Origin: the human T2T-CHM13v2.0 reference genome, Homo sapiens
NCBI RefSeq assembly: GCF_009914755.1
Contig: NC_060937.1
Reading direction: 5' to 3' (one strand)
DNA length: 64,000 nt
The notes under the pieces were generated by a model. The model worked only from the letters and a program-made list of their open reading frames with translations, was not told where the DNA came from and did no database searches. Made by a program: the position numbers and the translations under genes. Positions 32,099-48,005 of the stretch are shown here, one piece after another. Within the stretch, counting starts at the first letter, position 1; each line of letters starts with the position of its first letter.

Positions 32099-34055
32099 TA
32101 GAAAAGAATATCTCACAATTATAATATTCTTTTAGATATGCTTTTCTGGAATCATTTCCTTTGTATGTTACGGATTAATGTATAATATATGAACATTACA
32201 GCAAGGTAATTCAATCTTTGCCTTCCGATCTTTGTGCTGTTGTTATCAATAATTTTATTTCCACATATGTTAGACATGGTTACTATCTTTGCTTTAATCA
32301 GTCAAATATATTTTAATAAAAGTTTAAGATGAGAAATAAAAACTAAAATAAAATAGAAGCCAGGGAAAGTCTTGGAATAATTGTTTTTAGTATCTGTCAC
32401 ATGTGATTTGTTGCAGTTAGATTTCATCAAAATGCATTGGCTTTATTTGGAGAAGGCCATGGCAATGTTGGAGCCCAAGCAGCATAGATAATGTGCGTAT
32501 ATTTGGCACTAGGGGGCGATATAGCATTGCTTTCAGCCCTTCACTGTCAGCGCACACGCAAAATAAATGAATTCCCGCTAAGGAAAATCATTCCCAACTT
32601 TTCTTCTGCATCTCAAGTCATTGGCTCTTACGTCACTTGGCAAAGCACTCTGAACAGCAGGCCTCGAAGGTCCATTCTTTAAGTTACTGATTTATCGATT
32701 TTGTTTGCTGGTGTTTTCACTTAATCCTTGGTTTGCTTTCACTGAGCTCTGAGAGTTTTTTTAAATTGGTCAGTCTTGCTAGAATTCCAAACATACAAAC
32801 AAAAAAAAACTCTACTGTTTACAGTAATCTACCATGGATCTAGTGGTTGTCTGGATTCTGGCACAGGGACTGGCTCTGGGGGGCAGCTGAATTCTGATGG
32901 AAGAAAGCACTAATGCTAATGTGGAAGGCCTGCGCTTGGCTGAGTCCCAAAGGAAGCAATTCCAGGCCCTGACCCCAGGCTGGGCCCCTGTTTCTCGGTC
33001 ACAAGGGAGGCCAGCTAAGACTTGTGCAACCCGGCTCGAAGGATGTCGAAGCACCCTCAATTTCATATGCAAATGAGAGCCAGCCGGAGCCAGTCCAAAA
33101 AAGGATTGCAGGGTTTCCCAGAAGGTCCAGCTCCTTGGAGGATTATGAAGCCGCCAGCTGATTTCACATTCCACCTGATTTACAGCATTAACTGCAGATT
33201 TTTTTTTAAATATCTAATACGATATGATGCCTACGTGTATCAAGATGGCTCTAAGGAGCTTTAATTTGCATTGGGTTTTTTGGTTTTGCTCAGTCATAGC
33301 ATGTTCTAGGAGCTACTTGTATCAATATCAAGAGGGTAAGTCCCACCAGCACTCTCAGGAGGAGGCCTTCCTGTAGGTATTCAGGCCCTTGGAAGAAGGG
33401 CAGTTGGCCCTAGAATTTACCAAAGGGGCAGAACTCAGGCCCTCTGTATTCTGACGGTGAAGTTTGTGGTTCCCCAAGGAGGAGGAAGAGATGACACAGG
33501 TGCTCCCCAGGTGTCTCTTGCCTCCTGGAATGGCCGCCAGAAGAAGTGAAACAGCTGAGCTATGAAAGCTGTAAACTCAGGAGCACAAGGAGGGCAGGGG
33601 CTGGGTCCTCCCTCAGAGAACCACAGTAATGAGCACAGAGCTCAGTCCGCACCAGGTCAGCATCTCTGTCAGATGGTGCTGGACCAGGCGTCCTCCCTAC
33701 CAGGCCCACCACTTGGGATGTTGGACGTGAGGCTCAGAGAAGCAAGTAGGAGCTGAGATCTTGCCCAGATTTCCTGTGCCACACAAAGAGTCCACAGGGC
33801 TGTGCATGCCCAGACGGGCATTCCTCCCTAACTTCTGGAAAGTCCCTGGGGGACTTAGAGGTGGCTCTGACATTGACATGGTGTGGCAAGGAGGAGCTGT
33901 GGCAACGGCGAACTGATTAAACCTTGGCTTCACCACCCAACTCCCTACCACCTCCCACCTTAGACACTATAACCCTCAAGTTTTTAAACAACTGGGGGAG
34001 CAGGTAGCCCTAAGAAGGAGATACCAGCCTTTCTGCTAGTCAAGAATGACTTCGG

Positions 34056-34179
34056 AGCTGGGTGTGGTGGTGTGGCCTGTAACCCCAGCCACTTGTGAGG
34101 CTAAGGCAGGAAGATTGCTCAAGCCTGGGCATTCGAGGCCAACCTGGGCAACATAGACAGACCTCGCCTCTAAAAAAAA
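34056..34179 (+). mobile_element. FLAM (free left Alu monomer)
   Basis: Single monomer ending 'gggcaacatag...ctctaaaaaaaa'. Confidence 0.85.
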
Positions 34180-34704
34180 TTTTAATAATGATCTTGGGTT
34201 AGTTTTCATTTTTTAAGAGATGATGAGACCACGTGTGTGCTGCAAGTTTGTGAAATAACGCATCAATAGCGCTCAGAGTAACACTCAGACGGCAAAGAAC
34301 TTATAATGCCTTTTTTAATGCCAAAATGAGTCTTAGAGAGATTAAGTGACTGTTGCACAGATAATAAATGAAAGAAATGTGAGTACCCAGTTTCTCTCCC
34401 CAGTACTCTAATTGATAGATTTTGGAGCAATAGTCCTGCTTTAATAATTAATTCATATTGCTGCATGGATGAGCTATGGGATATTATAGCCAATTCTACC
34501 ATAAAATATATCATTAAAAAATTTTTTGCAAACTAATTCTTAATTTGGCTAGCTGAGACCTTGGACTAATTCCTGGAACCAAACCCTCTCATTTCTACAT
34601 CTGCATGGTGACAGGATTGACAGGCGATTTCCAAGGGCCCTTTCAACTGCAGAATTCCCATAGTCTGAGCAAAAATAAGCATTGACTATACAACAGAAAT
34701 TAAA

Positions 34705-34850
34705 ATAGCTTTACAACAACACTGCCAGGAATTATTCTCCAGATTGTGCAGATGAGAAAACCAAGGCTTTGAGAGATGAAGCCTCTTGGACAGGATCACT
34801 CAGCTGGTCAGTAGAGAGGCAGGATCATGAGCATGTGGCTGCGAAGCCCA
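34705..34850 (-). mobile_element. MIR fragment
   Basis: 'cagatgagaaaaccaaggctttgagagatgaag...atcactcagctgg'. Confidence 0.6.
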
Positions 34851-35141
34851 CACTCCATTGACACCCTACATGACCTGCATCAAACAAAATACTCTTCCCT
34901 TGGTTTCCCCGCCAATGTTACACACTATGATTCGGTCCGACATACTTTGGGAGAACTCACCACCAGTAGGAGTATGTTCAAACATGGTCACTCAAGGAAT
35001 GGGGAGTTTGGTGGGGAATTGAGAGTACAGACGATGTGTACAGTGAGAGGCATTATTTGACCAGCAGGCCTGGAAGGAGGAAGGGCTGCCATGGAATCAG
35101 GGGATTCAGTCCCCTGGAAGGTTCTGAAAGGCAGCTCAGAG

Positions 35142-35429
35142 CAGAGGCAGTAAACTAGTGGCCTGCAAGCCATATGTGGCCACAGCTGTGTTTTTGGTGA
35201 GCAAAGCACATTTTTAAATTGAATGAGTTGCCAACATTTTTAGATTTTTTTTTTAATCCAGATTTGTAACCCAGGCGGTGCTGGAACTTAACAACAATAA
35301 GCTGGAGTAGAGGAGCCCCATCCCCCTGGAGCTCTGCATCTCTAAAGTCACCATCCTGTCTAGTTTTATTAATTTAAGTTAGCTGCCTCTTCAACCACTC
35401 CCCATAGGCAGTTGAGGTTAAGACCCTTG
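35142..35429. mobile_element. hAT-Charlie-type DNA element (MER58/MER102-like)
   Basis: Start 'cagaggcagtaaactagtggcctgcaagcca', end 'aagacccttg'. Confidence 0.4.
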
Positions 35430-36731
35430 TTCTGGAGGCATTGAATTGGCGGGGAAGAGAGCAGCTGTAGCAAGTGGCGGGGGGTGGGGGGTAAATGTCA
35501 GAAAGGACCAAAGGATGCTGCTGAAGACAACTTCCCATAATTCAAAATTTTGCAAATGAAGACTGGCCAGATTCTGTGCAATTAAGAACCTGGCCCAGTC
35601 CAGGGAAGGGCGCCAGCCTGGCGTAAAGAAGTTTTGAACGTGATCCCGATGCGAGTGCTCACAGCAATGAGAATTAGCTCCAGAACCTCCCCTTCCGCTT
35701 CACCTGCTCATAGGTTGTTCTGCTCTCTGATATCCTATTCCCAATCCTTGCTTAATGTGTAGATTCTATCCTGCCCCATTCCTCCAACAAGACTCTCTAA
35801 AGTCCCAGTCTTGGGACTCATTCTTGGGTTCTAGCGTTAACTTCTTTTGTCTTGGAGTCTGGTGCCCTGGTTGTGTAAGTCACAGTACTGTGTCACTTTT
35901 AAAATTTCTCTGGATTGCAAATAGTTTGTTGGGTAAAGATTGTTGTCTGTCTCATTATTGCATTCTGAGGGGGAAGGGGGAATATCCCCTGAGGATTCAG
36001 AACCAACACTTGGACCTTACTCAAGCCCAATTATATATATGTATACGCGTATATGTGTGTATATATATGTTAGAGTATATATATACATATATAAACACAC
36101 CTGTATACTCTAGATACCTTTAATCCAAGAAATTCAACAAATTAATAGAAAAGCTAGCCCCAATCTTATGATACCTCTGAGGCTCCAGGAAGAAGTATAC
36201 ATAAAACCTTTCCAAAGAGCATATCCCCCAACAAGACCGCACTGCAGTCCTAGATGTAAAATCCCACTGGAAAATCAGCTCTCAATTCAAGATTATAAAA
36301 TTCACAAGAAAAAAAATGCACCAAGAACAAAAGTCTGCATATACAACAAATATCAAGATTAGATCCTCTAAAGTTTCATTTAACAGAGCCATCTGAGTAT
36401 AAATAAATATGTTTAAGATTAATTTTAAAAATAGAATTAAAAAATTAAACACATAAACATTCTGAAAAAAGAGCAAGTATATTTTAAGGGGGTCAAATAG
36501 AACTTTTAAATTTGTGAAAAAAGATTGTCATTGAAATAAAAAATTCAATTGATGGATTAAGCCACAAATTTGAGGTAGCTGAGTAGAAACCCAGTGAACA
36601 TGAAGGAAGAGCTGAGGAATTTACACAGCATGAAGCACAGAGAATTAAAAGACAGAAAATACGAAAGAGAAGTTAAGCGATATGGAGGATAGGAAAGAAG
36701 GTCCAACATGCTTCTAATGAAAGTTCTAGCT

Positions 36732-37095
36732 GGAATGCATACAATGGAATACTATACTGCAATAAGAATGAACAAATTACAATACATACAGCATGGATGA
36801 ATTTCACGAACATAATGTGGAGTGAAAGAGAATTAGAGTATGGCTTCATTTTTACACATTTGAAAAGTGGGTCACACTAATCTATGGTGAAAGAAGTGAA
36901 GATAGTGTTTACCCTTGATAAGAGGCAGACAGTGACCCAAAGGGGGCCTAAGGAGGCTTTGGGGGTGCTGGGGCTGTTCTGTTCCTGGGTCTTGGTGCTG
37001 GTTAAACAGGGATTTCTGTTTGTGAATATTCATCAGACTGAACACCTCTAATTTTTGTACTTTTTAATGTATTTTATGCTTCAATAAAACTTTCA
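36732..37095 (+). mobile_element. L1ME-like 3' end nested in L1M
   Basis: 'catacaatggaatactat...catggatgaatttcac...ttcaataaaa'. Confidence 0.65.
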
Positions 37096-37139
37096 CTGAA
37101 GAGTAAAAAAGTTTGAGATAGAAAAGAGAAAACAGGACA

Positions 37140-37513
<374 letters not shown>

Positions 37514-37751
37514 CTAAGACATAAGGCTGAGATTTTTCTGGAAATGACAAAATGCATGATTCTGTAGACTCAGGACAACAATGAATCTTTTGGAAAATAA
37601 ATTAAAATAAATCCACATCTAGACATAGTGTGGTTTAACTGCAGCAAACAACAGAGCTTTAATGCCATCAGAAAAAAAAATGAATGAATGAAATATCATC
37701 TACAAAGAAATATCATCTACAAAGAAATCACAATAAGATTAATTTCAGACT

Positions 37752-38051
37752 GTCCAGGTGCAGTGGCTCCTACCCAGCACTTTGGGAGGTCAAGGTGGGA
37801 GGATCACTTGAGTCCAGGAGTTCAAGACAAGCCTGGGCAACATGGTGAAACCCCATCTCTACAAAAATTGAAAAATTAAAAAAAAAAAAATAGCCAGGTG
37901 TGATGGAACAAACCTGTGGTCCAGCTACTCAGGAGGCTGAGGTGAAAGGATCCCTTGAGTCCAGGAATTCAAGGCTGCAGTGAGCTATGATCATGCCACT
38001 ACACTCCAGCCTGAGGGACAGAGCAAGACCCTCTCTTGGGGAAAAAAAAAA
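37752..38051 (+). mobile_element. AluJ SINE
   Basis: 'gtgggaggatcacttgag', 'aggctgcagtgagctatgatc'; TSD aagattaatttca. Confidence 0.92.
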
Positions 38052-38365
38052 TTAAAGATTAATTTCACACTTCACAACAGTAGCAAAAGAAACTAGAAGA
38101 CTCTGAAATAATATTTTCAAAGTGCTTAAAGAAAATAATTGTCAATCTGGAATTCTGATCCAACTAAAATGTCATAAAAGAATGGAGACATAATAAAGAC
38201 ATTTGCAAACAAATCAAGACTAGATATACTTGAGGTAGAGGAAAATTGAACCCAAAAGTAAAGAGTAAGCTATAGGAAGCAATGTTGAGCAAAATATTGG
38301 GTAAACAAATAAGTAAATCTAAACATAATGGCTAATTTGAAGTCTGTAAAAACAAGGTAGGGAGA

Positions 38366-38806
38366 TGTTATGAGCTGAACTGTATCCCCCAAAATTTCAT
38401 ACATTGAAATCCTAACCTCCAGGACCTCAGAATATGACCTAATTTGGAAATAGGGTCATTGCAGATGTAACAGTTCAGCTAAAATGAAGTCATTAGGTGA
38501 GCCCTAATCCAAACTGATTGGTGTCCTCATAAAAAGGGAAACTTTGGACACAGAGACACCCACACAAGGAGAATGTCATGTGAAGATAAAGGCAAAGATG
38601 GGAGCAATACATCTACAAGCCAAGATGGCCAGAAAACCACTAAGAGCTGGCGAGAGGCGTGGGAAAGATTTCCTCTCACAGCCTTCAGGAGGAACAACCT
38701 GGTCTTGACCTCGGACTTCCATTCTCCAGAACCGTGAGACAAAACATTTCTGTTGTTTCAGCCACCCAGTATGTGACCTTTTTACAGCAGCCCCAGCTAA
38801 CTAACA
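38366..38806 (+). mobile_element. MLT1B/C solo LTR
   Basis: 'tgttatgagctgaactgt...tttggaaatagggtcattgcagatgtaa...ctaactaaca'. Confidence 0.85.
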
Positions 38807-39552
38807 CGGGGACTAAAATTTATGCTGGAGAACAATTGCATTTTAGACAGGGGTCTGGGGTGGGGGAATTAAAGGTAAAATGATCTTGTGTGTGTAGGAA
38901 AAACGTCAAGAGAGTGATTAACTTTGGTCTTCTTAATATCCAGAATGTGTGTTAAATTATAAGAGTAATCACTACCAAAAGAACAGAAATAAAATGTATA
39001 GTTTCTAAACGAGCAAAGAGGAAAGAAGAAATTTCTTAAAGCAGCAAAGAAAAAGTACAAAAAAAGATAGATGGTAGAAACAGACCTGTAAGAAATGTGT
39101 AATTAGAATACATGCAGACTGACTAAATTCTGCATTAAAAGAGTATCTCATTGATGGATGGATACATGGATGGAAGGAAGGAAGGAATGAGAGATGGAAG
39201 GAAGGAAGAAGAAAAGGATTTTTGTCATATGCTATTTTCAAGAGACACACCTATAAGAACTCACAGTGGTTAAAAATAAAGAGATTACTACTCAAATCCT
39301 AACAAAAATAAATTATTATAACTGTTCAGTGGGCAGAATAATGCCCCTCATCAAACATGTCCATATCCCAGTCTCCAGGATCTGTGACTATGTTAGGTTA
39401 CATGGCAAAAAGGAACTAAGATTGCATACAGAATGAAGGCTGCTAACTTCCTGACCCTAAAATAGGGGGATTGCCCTGGTTATCAAGGTTGGCCAATGGA
39501 ATCACAGAGTCCTGAAAAGCAGGAAAGGGCTATAGAAGGAAGTCTGTCTGAG

Positions 39553-41681
39553 TGTATTAGTCCGTTTTCACACTGCTGATAAAGACATACCCAAGACTGG
39601 ATAGTTTACACAAGAAAGAGGTTTAATTGAATTTACAGTTCCACATGGCTGAGGAGGCCTCACAATCATAGCAGAAGGCAAGGAAGAGCAAGTCACATCT
39701 TACATGGTTGGCAGCACGCAAAGAGAGAATGAGGAAGGTGCAAAAGCGGAAACCCCTGATAAAACCATCAGATCTCATGACACTTATTCACTACCATGAG
39801 AACAGTATGGGGGAAACCACCCCCATGATTCAATTATCTCCCACTGGGTCCCTCCCACAACACATGGGAATTATAGGAATACAATTCAAGATAAGATTTT
39901 GGTGGGAACACAGAGCCAAACCATATCATTCCATCCCTGGCCCCTGCAAAATCTCATGTCCTCACATTTCAAAACCAATCATGCCTTCCCAACAGTCCCC
40001 CAAAAGTCTTAACTCATTTCAGCATTAACTCAAAAGTCCACAGTCCAAAGTCTCATCTGAGACAAGTCAAGTCCCTTCCACCTATGAGCCTGTAAAATCA
40101 AAAGCAAGCTAGTTATTTTCTAGATACAAATGGGGGTACAGACATTGGGTAAATACAACCATTCCAAATGGGATAAACTGGCCCAAACAAAGCAGCTACA
40201 GGCCCCAGGCAAGTCAGAAATCCAGTGGGGCAGCCAAATCCTATAGCTCCAAAATGATCTCCTTTGACTCCATGTCTCACATCCAGGTCACACTGATGCA
40301 AGAGTTGGGGTCCCATGGTCTTGGGCAGCTCTGCCCCTGTGGCTTTGCAAGGTACAGCCTCCCTCCTGGCTGCTTTCACGAGCTGGCGTTGAGTGTCTAT
40401 GGCTTTTCCAGGCACTTGGTACAAGCTGTCAGTGGATCTACCATTCTGGGATGTGGGGGACAGTGGCCCTCTTCTCACAGCTCCACTAGGCAGTGCTCCA
40501 GTGGGAACTCTGTGTGGGGGCTCCGGCCCCACATTTCCCTTCTGCACTGCCCTAGCAGAGGTTCTCCATGAGGGCCCCTCCCCTGCAGCAAACTTTTGCC
40601 TGGGCATCCAGACATTTCCATACATCTTCTGAAATCTAGGTGGAGGTTCCCAAACCTCAATTCTTGACTTCTGTGCACCTACAGGCTCAACACCACGTGG
40701 AAACTGCCAAGGCTTAGGGGTTCCATCCTCTGAAGCAACAGCTCAAGCTGTACCTTGGCCCCTTTTAGTCACGGCTGCAGTGGCTGGGACCCAGGGCACC
40801 AAGTCCTTAGACTACACACAGCAGGGTGACCCTGGGACCAGCCCACAAAACCATTTTCTCCTGGGCCTCTGGGCCTGTGATGGGAGTGGCTGCCATGAAA
40901 TCCCTCCCCCATGGTCTTGGGGATTCAGCTCCTCATTACTTATGCAAATTTCTGCAGCCAGCTTGAATTTCTCCTCAGAAATTGGTTTTTTTTTTCTATC
41001 ACATTGTCAGACTGCAAATTTTCTGAACTTTTATGCTCTGCTTCCCTTATCAAACTGAATGCCTTTAACAGCCCCCAAGGCACCTCTTGAATGCTTTGCT
41101 GCTTAGAAATTTATTCTGCCAGATACCCTAAATCATCTCTCTCAAGTTCAAAGTTCCACAAATCTCTAGGGACCATGCAAATCTCTTGGAAGTTCCAAAC
41201 TCCTACATTTTTCTCTCTTCTTCTGAGCCATCCAAACTATTCCAACCTCTGCCTGTTACCCAGCTCCAAAATCCCTTCCAAATTTTCAGGTATATTTTCA
41301 GTAGTGCCCCACTCTACTGGCACCAATTTACTGTATTAGTCTATTTTCACACTGCTGATAAAGACATACCCAAGATTGGGCAATTTGGAAAAGAAAGAGG
41401 TTTAATTGGACTTACAGTTCCACATGGCTGGGGAGGCCTCATAATCATGGCAGAAAGCAAGGAAGAGCAAGTAAGTCCCGTCTTACATGGATGGCAGCAG
41501 TCAAAGAGAGAATGAATGAGAAAAACCATCAGATCTCCAGAGATTTATTCACTACCACGAGAACAGTATGGGGGAAACCACCCCCATGATTCAATTATCT
41601 CCCACAGGGTCCCTCCCAGTGGGAATTATGGGAGTACAAGTCAAGATGAGATTTGGGTGGGGACAAAGCCAAACCATATCA
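39553..41681 (-). mobile_element. THE1 (A/B-like) MaLR element: LTR-internal-LTR
   Basis: LTRs 39553-39928 and 41332-41681 ('tgtattagt...accatatca'), THE1-int between ('aaaagtccacagtccaaagtctcatctgagacaa'). Confidence 0.93.
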
Positions 41682-41841
41682 GCAAGGAAGGTGTCCCTAT
41701 GAGAGAAAGGCACAGAGGGATGCAACATTGTTAGTGTTGAGGATGGAGGAGAGGGCCATGAGCCAAGGAATGTAGGCGGCCTTTAGAAGTCAGAAAGGGC
41801 AAAGAAACAGATACACCCCTAGAGCCTTCAAAAATGAACAC

Positions 41842-42279
<438 letters not shown>

Positions 42280-43704
42280 TGTGTCAGACTTCTAACATAC
42301 AGAACTATAAGATAATAAGTTGTATTGTTTTAAGCCACTAGTTTCTGGTAATTTGTTGCAGTAACAGTAAAAAAACTAATCTAATTATATTAGCATAAAT
42401 ATATAATTAATACATTAATATAAAGTGATATATACTTAATAATCTACTGAATAATTAAGCATACACTGGTTAATACCTATCAGTAAGCTTGAACTTATAA
42501 TGACTCTGAGGCTGCATGTTTTTAACAGCATTGCCTTAAAGTATGTAAAGCTAAAATAAAATAGTTACTAAAAGGAATTGAAAACTCAGCCATCATAGTA
42601 GGATAGCTTAATAAACCTTTCAGTAAATGATAGATTAAGCCGACAAAAAAAAAATAGGATATGGAAAATCTAAACACACAATTGTAACTTTAACAGTACA
42701 ATCAGAAGCCATTGAAGATGTTTACTCTTTTTTAGTTTTAAACAAGAGGAAATAATGGAATCCTTGTTAAGTAATCCAGGAAAGTGTCATAATACAAAAG
42801 CAACATTTTAAGAAAAATTGGAATTTTTCTTAAATTTAAATGCCACATAGTAAGTATCTGTGAAGCTTCAAAATATAGAATCCTTTGATTCCTTTTCTGT
42901 ACTGTACAGACAATGCTGCCATGAAAATTCTGAAATATTCACAAGATAATATCACAGATGAAAGATTAGGTGATTGTAGTAAAAGTCTGAATTGGAACAA
43001 CTGAAAAATTGTGAGTTTGGCTTAAATTAACAGGTCACAGTAGCTATGAAGAATGTTTGTTCACTTTGGGTCCAGGGCTCAGGTTACCTCCTGATCAGAC
43101 TTGAAAACAGCATGAAAAATACCAAGAAATTCCATCGGGTTTTATTAATAACATAGGTAGGTCTCATATTTACAGGGAACCAAAAAACATTCAAGAGACA
43201 ACAAAAAATTTGGCCTTGCTTCAAGTTGGGTAGAAATAACAGGAAATTAACCAAATTGGAACTGTCTGGTGAATGACCACTGAAAACTGATGGGTTTGTT
43301 CTAACAGTGCAGCCAGGTGAGCCAAATGCGTTCCTACGGAAGTGGAGTCATCATTCCAAAGTGGATGATTCAGTTGGAAGCCACTGTCTTAGGTCTAGAT
43401 GATTGCTTGGATTCATAAAAGAGGTAAATTACCCAAAAAAAGGTGAGCAATTTGCTTCATGTGAATTTCCTCATTCAGACCTCTTTCTCCTGGAATCGGT
43501 TTGAATGACACAGAGTGCCATCTGTCCCAAGAATACCCAATGCCTTTGTGAAAGCCGTCTTTTGAAATCATAAACTGAGACCACAGAGGCAGCTAGGTAG
43601 CCCAGAGACAGATTACCTTGCTCTCCCTTTCCCCTAACCCAATCTGAAGTTCTCTAGCTTCCAACCAAGCTGATAACCCAATATGCGTAACAAGAACTAA
43701 CTCA

Positions 43705-43977
<273 letters not shown>

Positions 43978-44174
43978 GAATTGCAAAGAATGACATTTGA
44001 AACACAGGCTGGGTTTTAATTTAGCTTTCCTTTATCACAAAATAATGAAAAGAGACAAGTCCTTGTAATGACTCTCTCCCCTTCCACACACACTCTTCCT
44101 TCAAGTCACCTCTCATTTAAGACAGGAAAGTCCGCACAGCAAGAGTCTCACCCATATTTGCATGGGGTTCCTAG

Positions 44175-44888
44175 TGATACAGACAGGAGACAGGGAAATA
44201 CTGAGTAGAAGAGGGCAGTTCCCTGGCAACGGCCCCACCCTCAAGCCTGGAGACCCACAACCCTAAATGGGAAGAGGCATTCCTGTTTTGGCACCCAAAT
44301 GTTGCCTTTTCCAAGACCACTCTGGCCCACCACACTCCTATCCTATGCCCATATAAATCCCAAGCTCCACTGGCAGAGCAGCAGAGGAGAGGAGTGTCTG
44401 AACGTTGAGAGGAGTTCAGCTGGAGATGGTCAGAGAGGAGATTGGCTGTGTGACGGCCAAACACCAGGGGAAGATCATCTTCCCACTTCATCCCCTTTCC
44501 AGCTCCCCATCCATCCCACTAAGAGCCACCTCCATCACTCAATAAAGTCCCTGCATTCACCATCCTGGAAGTCCATGTGACCTGATTCTACCTGGACACC
44601 AGACAAGGAGCCAGGTACCAGGAGGGCAGGGTGTAAAAGGTAGTCACCTGACTCTCCACTGAGCTGTTTTAACACTTAGCCATTCACAGACAGCAACTGC
44701 TAAAAGAGCATTAATTGTAACACACCCCTAGACGCTACAATGGGGCCGGAGGCCAAAAGCACTCGTCCCAGCTCCTGCACCTGCCCATGTGTGTGCTCCC
44801 CCTCCATAAGGGGTTTGAGTGCAAGAGCAAACAAGCCCACACCCCTGTCGCAAGTCCCTCGAGGGGGTCAGGGAACTCTCCAATTTCA
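44175..44888 (+). mobile_element. LTR1-family solo LTR (ERV1, HUERS-P2)
   Basis: 'tgatacagacaggagacagggaaatactg...gggaactctccaatttca'; TATAAA, AATAAA; flanks ctag/atag. Confidence 0.75.
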
Positions 44889-45221
44889 ATAGTCCTGGAA
44901 TCCCAGAGGCCTCTGCTGATAATGTCAGAGCACACATCCCAGTCTGTCTTCACATCCAGAGTTTAACTCTAGGAGGAAGGAAGTCCTGGAAGCTTGTCAT
45001 GTTGGGAAACAAGGGGTGAAGGGAATAATAGACAGCAGGAGTGATTCCCAAGCTGAGGTAGCAGCTTTTACAAATCCCTGAGCCAGGAAGAAACTTAATC
45101 AGATTGGAGAATGATTAGTACCACAGTTCTGCATCGTTAGAGTACCATAGAATGGAGGAGTTGGCCATGGGACAAGGCAGAAGATTAAAGAAATAGGCAG
45201 AGGCTGCATTTTATTTTAAGG

Positions 45222-45412
45222 CAATTGTTCTCCCACTAATTTAATGTGCATCAGAATTACCTGGAGGACTTGTTAAAACTCAGGGGGCTGGGGCCTACTT
45301 TACTCCCAGAATCTGATTCAGTAGATCTAGACAGGGCATGAGAACAATATTTATAACAAGTTTTCAGGTGCTGCTGATGCCACTGGTCCAGGAAACACAC
45401 TGAAAATCGCTG
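45222..45412. mobile_element. MER5A (hAT-Charlie)
   Basis: 'tgcatcagaattacctggagg...tctgattcagtag...ggtgctgctgatgc'; 8-bp flanks ttttaagg/ctctaagg. Confidence 0.85.
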
Positions 45413-45479
45413 CTCTAAGGGGCTCCTACAGTATCCTGAAGGCTTGCAAATGGAAAGAAGTAGAGGCTCCAGGAGCTGT

Positions 45480-46320
<841 letters not shown>

Positions 46321-47243
46321 TCAGGCCAGGCAGGGGCAAATGGATGGGCTCCCAGGGGTTTGCAAACCCCTTGCAACTTTTGGGGAAATATCAAGTGAGG
46401 TCTGAAAGATCATTTTCTCCCTGAGAGAGGATTCATAACCTCAAAAGTGTTTCTGAGCCATAACTGACTGAGACTCAGTGGCCGTGTGTATCCCCAGAAG
46501 AGGGTGACAGAACTGGAGTTGAGGTGAAGGCCCCCGGGTTTGAGGGGGCTGGAGAACCGTGGAGCAGGACTTCTGGTGGGCAGAAGACAATAAGACAAGA
46601 ACCAAAGTCCACCTGCAAGTAGACACATTACAGAGATCAGAGAGGTGGTTGTGACAGTCACTGAGGATGGCAGTTATCAAAGTATCTTGCAAACAGTAAA
46701 GCATTTCTAAATCCATAAAGGTTATTTTTTATTATTATAATAACTTATTTTCTGACTACTAAAATAAAAATTCCCCCTTTGGAATTTTTTAAAATACAGA
46801 ACAGTAAAAAAGATAACTAAAAATTATGTAACTGCTCAAATTAAGTGATCACTGTGAATTATAGCAGATTTAGGGTAAAATGACTATGAGTGATGACAGC
46901 CGTACTGCCTTTCACATGTGATGCTCGGACCTGGAAGACCAACAGCCAGACCAAAGCAGCTCAAAGTAGCTAAGCCCTCTGGGTTGGGCTCTCTGTTCAT
47001 GCCCAGGAGCCACTCGAGCTCACTCCTCCAGCAAGAGAGGCTTCTGTTTGACAAGAACATTCATTTCTATTACAGAATTATAAATACAAAGAGTGAAAAA
47101 ATAGTCTCCAACACATCAGAGTTGTCAATTAAACAGATTTCATCCTAGTTCTGGTCTTTAATTGCTGACATTTTAAATTTTGCATTATATTTCTGTGCCC
47201 ACCCCATAATCTCACTTATCGTTAAAAAATTAATTTATTATAA

Positions 47244-48005
<762 letters not shown>

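Noticed and set aside
40113-40678. 170-aa and overlapping ORFs
   Set aside because: Lie within THE1-int, degraded MaLR internal sequence
42880-43450. Possible acceptor (ttttctgtactgtacag) and donors (ag|gtgagc)
   Set aside because: No open coding frame in the ORF track; such motifs are common by chance and cannot be supported without transcript data
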